Sequence record: SRR22947727_1356
Length of the DNA: 51,780 bases
Direction: 5' to 3' (one strand)
Shown here piece after piece: positions 49,686 through 51,780 of this stretch (positions are counted from its first letter, which is position 1; each line of letters opens with the position of its first letter). The position numbers were made by a program, and so were the translations under genes. The notes under the pieces were generated by a model. That model was given only the letters and a program-made list of their open reading frames with translations, was not told the origin of the DNA and ran no database searches.

Positions 49686-50210
49686 CTAAGCCCCATCCTC
49701 GCGCAGTTGGGAATAAGCTGTCATCATATCCGGATCCATCATCGCTTCTAACACTTTGCGAAATCCGGCAACTGCCTCGGGACCGACTTGCCGGAACGCG
49801 CTGCGCATTCGCCGGCGCTGTGCATCGGATAGCTTTTGTTCGAGGGCATGGCCGGTTTCGGTCAATGCCAAATGCCGTTCCCGCTTATCGCGCTGCCCGA
49901 CTTGGCTGGTGACCAATCCATCTGCGATCAATTTGCGCAATACGCGGTTTAGCGATTGTTTGGTCACGCCTAAAATTTGCAGCAGGTTGTTCACATTCGT
50001 GCCCGGCGCGCCGTTGATAAAATGCAAGGCCCTGTGATGTGCCCGTCCATAGCCGTGCAATTCAAGTATCCTATCTGGATCAGCGGTAAAACCACGATAG
50101 GCGAAAAACATTGCCTCAATGCCCTGCCTTAATTGATCATCCGTCAGGTAAAGCAGCGTTTCACCCATAGCGCGATGCCCGAGGGGGTGCGATAAGGAAG
50201 GGTTCTCCAT
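49686..50210 (-). CDS. petP: MarR family regulator (PetP-like)
   Basis: MFFAYRGFTADPD, GRAHHRA, VTKQSLNRVL. Confidence 0.8.
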   Translation of the reverse strand: MENPSLSHPLGHRAMGETLLYLTDDQLRQGIEAMFFAYRGFTADPDRILELHGYGRAHHRALHFINGAPGTNVNNLLQILGVTKQSLNRVLRKLIADGLVTSQVGQRDKRERHLALTETGHALEQKLSDAQRRRMRSAFRQVGPEAVAGFRKVLEAMMDPDMMTAYSQLREDGA

Positions 50211-50243
50211 GCCAAATCTCCGACTGATTTCATCTGGCAGTTT

Positions 50244-50262
50244 ATGTCAGTCTTGTTGACAT
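50244..50262. promoter_or_regulatory. Palindrome ATGTCA-N7-TGACAT in the petP/ilvE divergent region (possible PetP operator)
   Basis: Perfect inverted repeat that includes a TTGACA -35-like hexamer. Confidence 0.45.
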
Positions 50263-50376
50263 TCCAAGCGTCAACTGTTAGCAAAACCGAGTTTATTGGT
50301 AACTTTATACCACAATTGACGCAGTTTTTGAAATAATATGAATAAATTGCTATAAGAATCTGAGAAAGGGCGCGCT

Positions 50377-51246
50377 GTGGAATTAGTATATGATGATCGC
50401 GATGGAAAGATTTGGCTTGACGGCCAATTGGTTGATTGGCGAAGCGCGCAAGTTCATGTGCTGAGCCATGCGATGCATTATGCCAGCTCGGTGTTTGAAG
50501 GCGAGCGCGCTTATGGTGGCAAGATTTTCAAAAGTCGGGCGCATTCAGAGCGCTTATTGGCTTCGGGAAAATTGATCGATTTCGAAATTCCTTATTCTGT
50601 GGAGGATATCGAAGCCGCGAAAGAGGCGGCTTTGCAGGCTAATGGCCTGAGCGACGCTTATGTGCGCGCGTTTGCATGGCGCGGCGCGGGGCCGGATATG
50701 GGGGTTGCCTCCTCGCGCAATCCCGTACGCATGGCGGTGGCTGTGTGGTCTTGGGGCAATTATTATGGCGATGCCAAGATGAAGGGCGCCAAGCTGGATA
50801 TCGCAAAATGGCGCCGGCCCGATCCGGCCACGGCGCCTTCGCAAGCCAAAGCTGCGGGGCTTTATATGATCGCAACCATGTCAAAACATGCGGCCGAAGC
50901 CAAAGGCTGCAGCGATGCAATGATGTTTGATTATCGCGGCTATGTTGCCGAGGCCACGGGCGCCAATATTTTCTTTGTCAAAGATGGCGAAGTACATACG
51001 CCGACAGCGGATGCATTTTTGAACGGAATAACCCGTCAAACGGTTATCGAAATGCTTAAAGAAAAAGGTATTCGTGTGATCGAGCGGCATATTATGCCAG
51101 AAGAGCTGGAAGGGTTTGAGCAATGCTGGCTGACGGGCACAGCAGCCGAGGTCACACCGGTTGGCCAGATTGGCGATTATCATTTTGACGTGGGCGCTTT
51201 GACGCGTGATATTTCTGAAAGTTATGAAATATTGGTTCGAAAGTGA
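50377..51246 (+). CDS. ilvE: Branched-chain amino acid aminotransferase
   Basis: HYASSVFEG, KAAGLY, EATGANIF, LNGITR, TGTAAEVTP. Confidence 0.93.
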   Translation: MELVYDDRDGKIWLDGQLVDWRSAQVHVLSHAMHYASSVFEGERAYGGKIFKSRAHSERLLASGKLIDFEIPYSVEDIEAAKEAALQANGLSDAYVRAFAWRGAGPDMGVASSRNPVRMAVAVWSWGNYYGDAKMKGAKLDIAKWRRPDPATAPSQAKAAGLYMIATMSKHAAEAKGCSDAMMFDYRGYVAEATGANIFFVKDGEVHTPTADAFLNGITRQTVIEMLKEKGIRVIERHIMPEELEGFEQCWLTGTAAEVTPVGQIGDYHFDVGALTRDISESYEILVRK

Positions 51247-51260
51247 TTTAAGAGCCAACG

Positions 51261-51289
51261 GAGGGATGGGCGTTGATGCCCATACCCTC
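51261..51289 (+). terminator. Hairpin after ilvE
   Basis: GAGGG-ATGGGCG-TTGA-TGCCCAT-A-CCCTC; no strong U tract. Confidence 0.45.
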
Positions 51290-51535
51290 AATCTGTGAAT
51301 ATTCGTAGATCAGGCGGGTCTTTCAAAGGTGGAGCAAAGCGGTAATGGCCATGCGGTTTAAAGGACCCGTGAAAAGGCTGCTTTTGGCGCCAAAGTTTAA
51401 AGACAAAAGATTCGTTTTTGCCGTTTAAACGGCGGTGGGAGGTCTGATACGCCCATGAAACCTGCAAGAGAGCGAATATTTTCAGGATCTTTTGAAAAAA
51501 AGCCAAAAAAATTGGTTAAAAATGGGTTTAGAGCC

Positions 51536-51594
51536 GCGCCAAAACGGCGCGGTTTCAAGAGTGTGCTGGACGAAGTCCATAAGCGGGGCTAAAT
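51536..51594 (+). promoter_or_regulatory. petA promoter with upstream RegA/PrrA-like box
   Basis: GCGCC-N5-GGCGC at 51536-51550; CTGGAC-N17-CTAAAT at 51566-51594, close to the alphaproteobacterial CTTGAC-N17-CTATAT consensus. Confidence 0.5.
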
Positions 51595-51674
51595 AGCCCC
51601 ATGAAAGAACAGAGGCCGCATCTTGGTCTCACGTTGTAAGAACGATCATTTAGACGAAGAATGGAGTTTACCTC

Positions 51675-51780
51675 GTGTCACATGCAGAAGATCACGAAGG
51701 CACCCGGAGAGATTTTCTCTACTATGCCACAGCAGGCGCCGGCGCCATAACAGCGGGCGCAGCGGTTTGGCCTTTGGTCA
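51675..51780 (+). CDS. petA: Cytochrome bc1 Rieske Fe-S subunit (5' part; not in ORF track)
   Basis: GGAG RBS and GTG start: [35 protein letters not shown]..., with Tat motif RRDFL. Confidence 0.92.
   Translation, partial: MSHAEDHEGTRRDFLYYATAGAGAITAGAAVWPLV

Noticed and set aside
51288-51506. 72-aa minus-strand ORF
   Set aside because: No RBS or recognisable features; it lies in the petA upstream region.

Overview
Chromosomal segment of a marine Rhodobacteraceae/Roseobacter-type alphaproteobacterium (about 50% GC by eye; lineage inferred from gene content). From left to right: a lower-GC yjbH-yjbF-yjbE-like (group 4 capsule/EPS) block, an orphan Gfo/Idh/MocA + IolD-like pair, a class V aminotransferase and a frameshifted FAD/Fe-S oxidoreductase, a sulfoacetate cluster (TTT transporter, sauS, sauT, TauE), an MttB methyltransferase, a complete form I aerobic CO dehydrogenase cluster (coxC-MSL-DEFG), transporters, a signalling block (three class III cyclases, a PAS hybrid histidine kinase and a single-domain response regulator), and the core genes pip, ubiG, petR/petP, ilvE and the start of petA. 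Three elements are absent from the ORF track: a YjbE-like Gly/Ala-rich ORF, the 5' end of petA, and a ~100-nt sRNA at about 36786-36884 (minus strand). The sRNA has two anti-Shine-Dalgarno hairpin loops and a terminator, CTGC-N3-GCAG boxes upstream, and a 10-nt perfect match to the RBS of the sulfoacetate-cluster binding protein. The REC-cyclase in the signalling block lacks the catalytic Arg, which suggests a heterodimeric cyclase. No tRNA, rRNA, CRISPR array or IS element was seen. All family calls come from motif recognition, not database searches.
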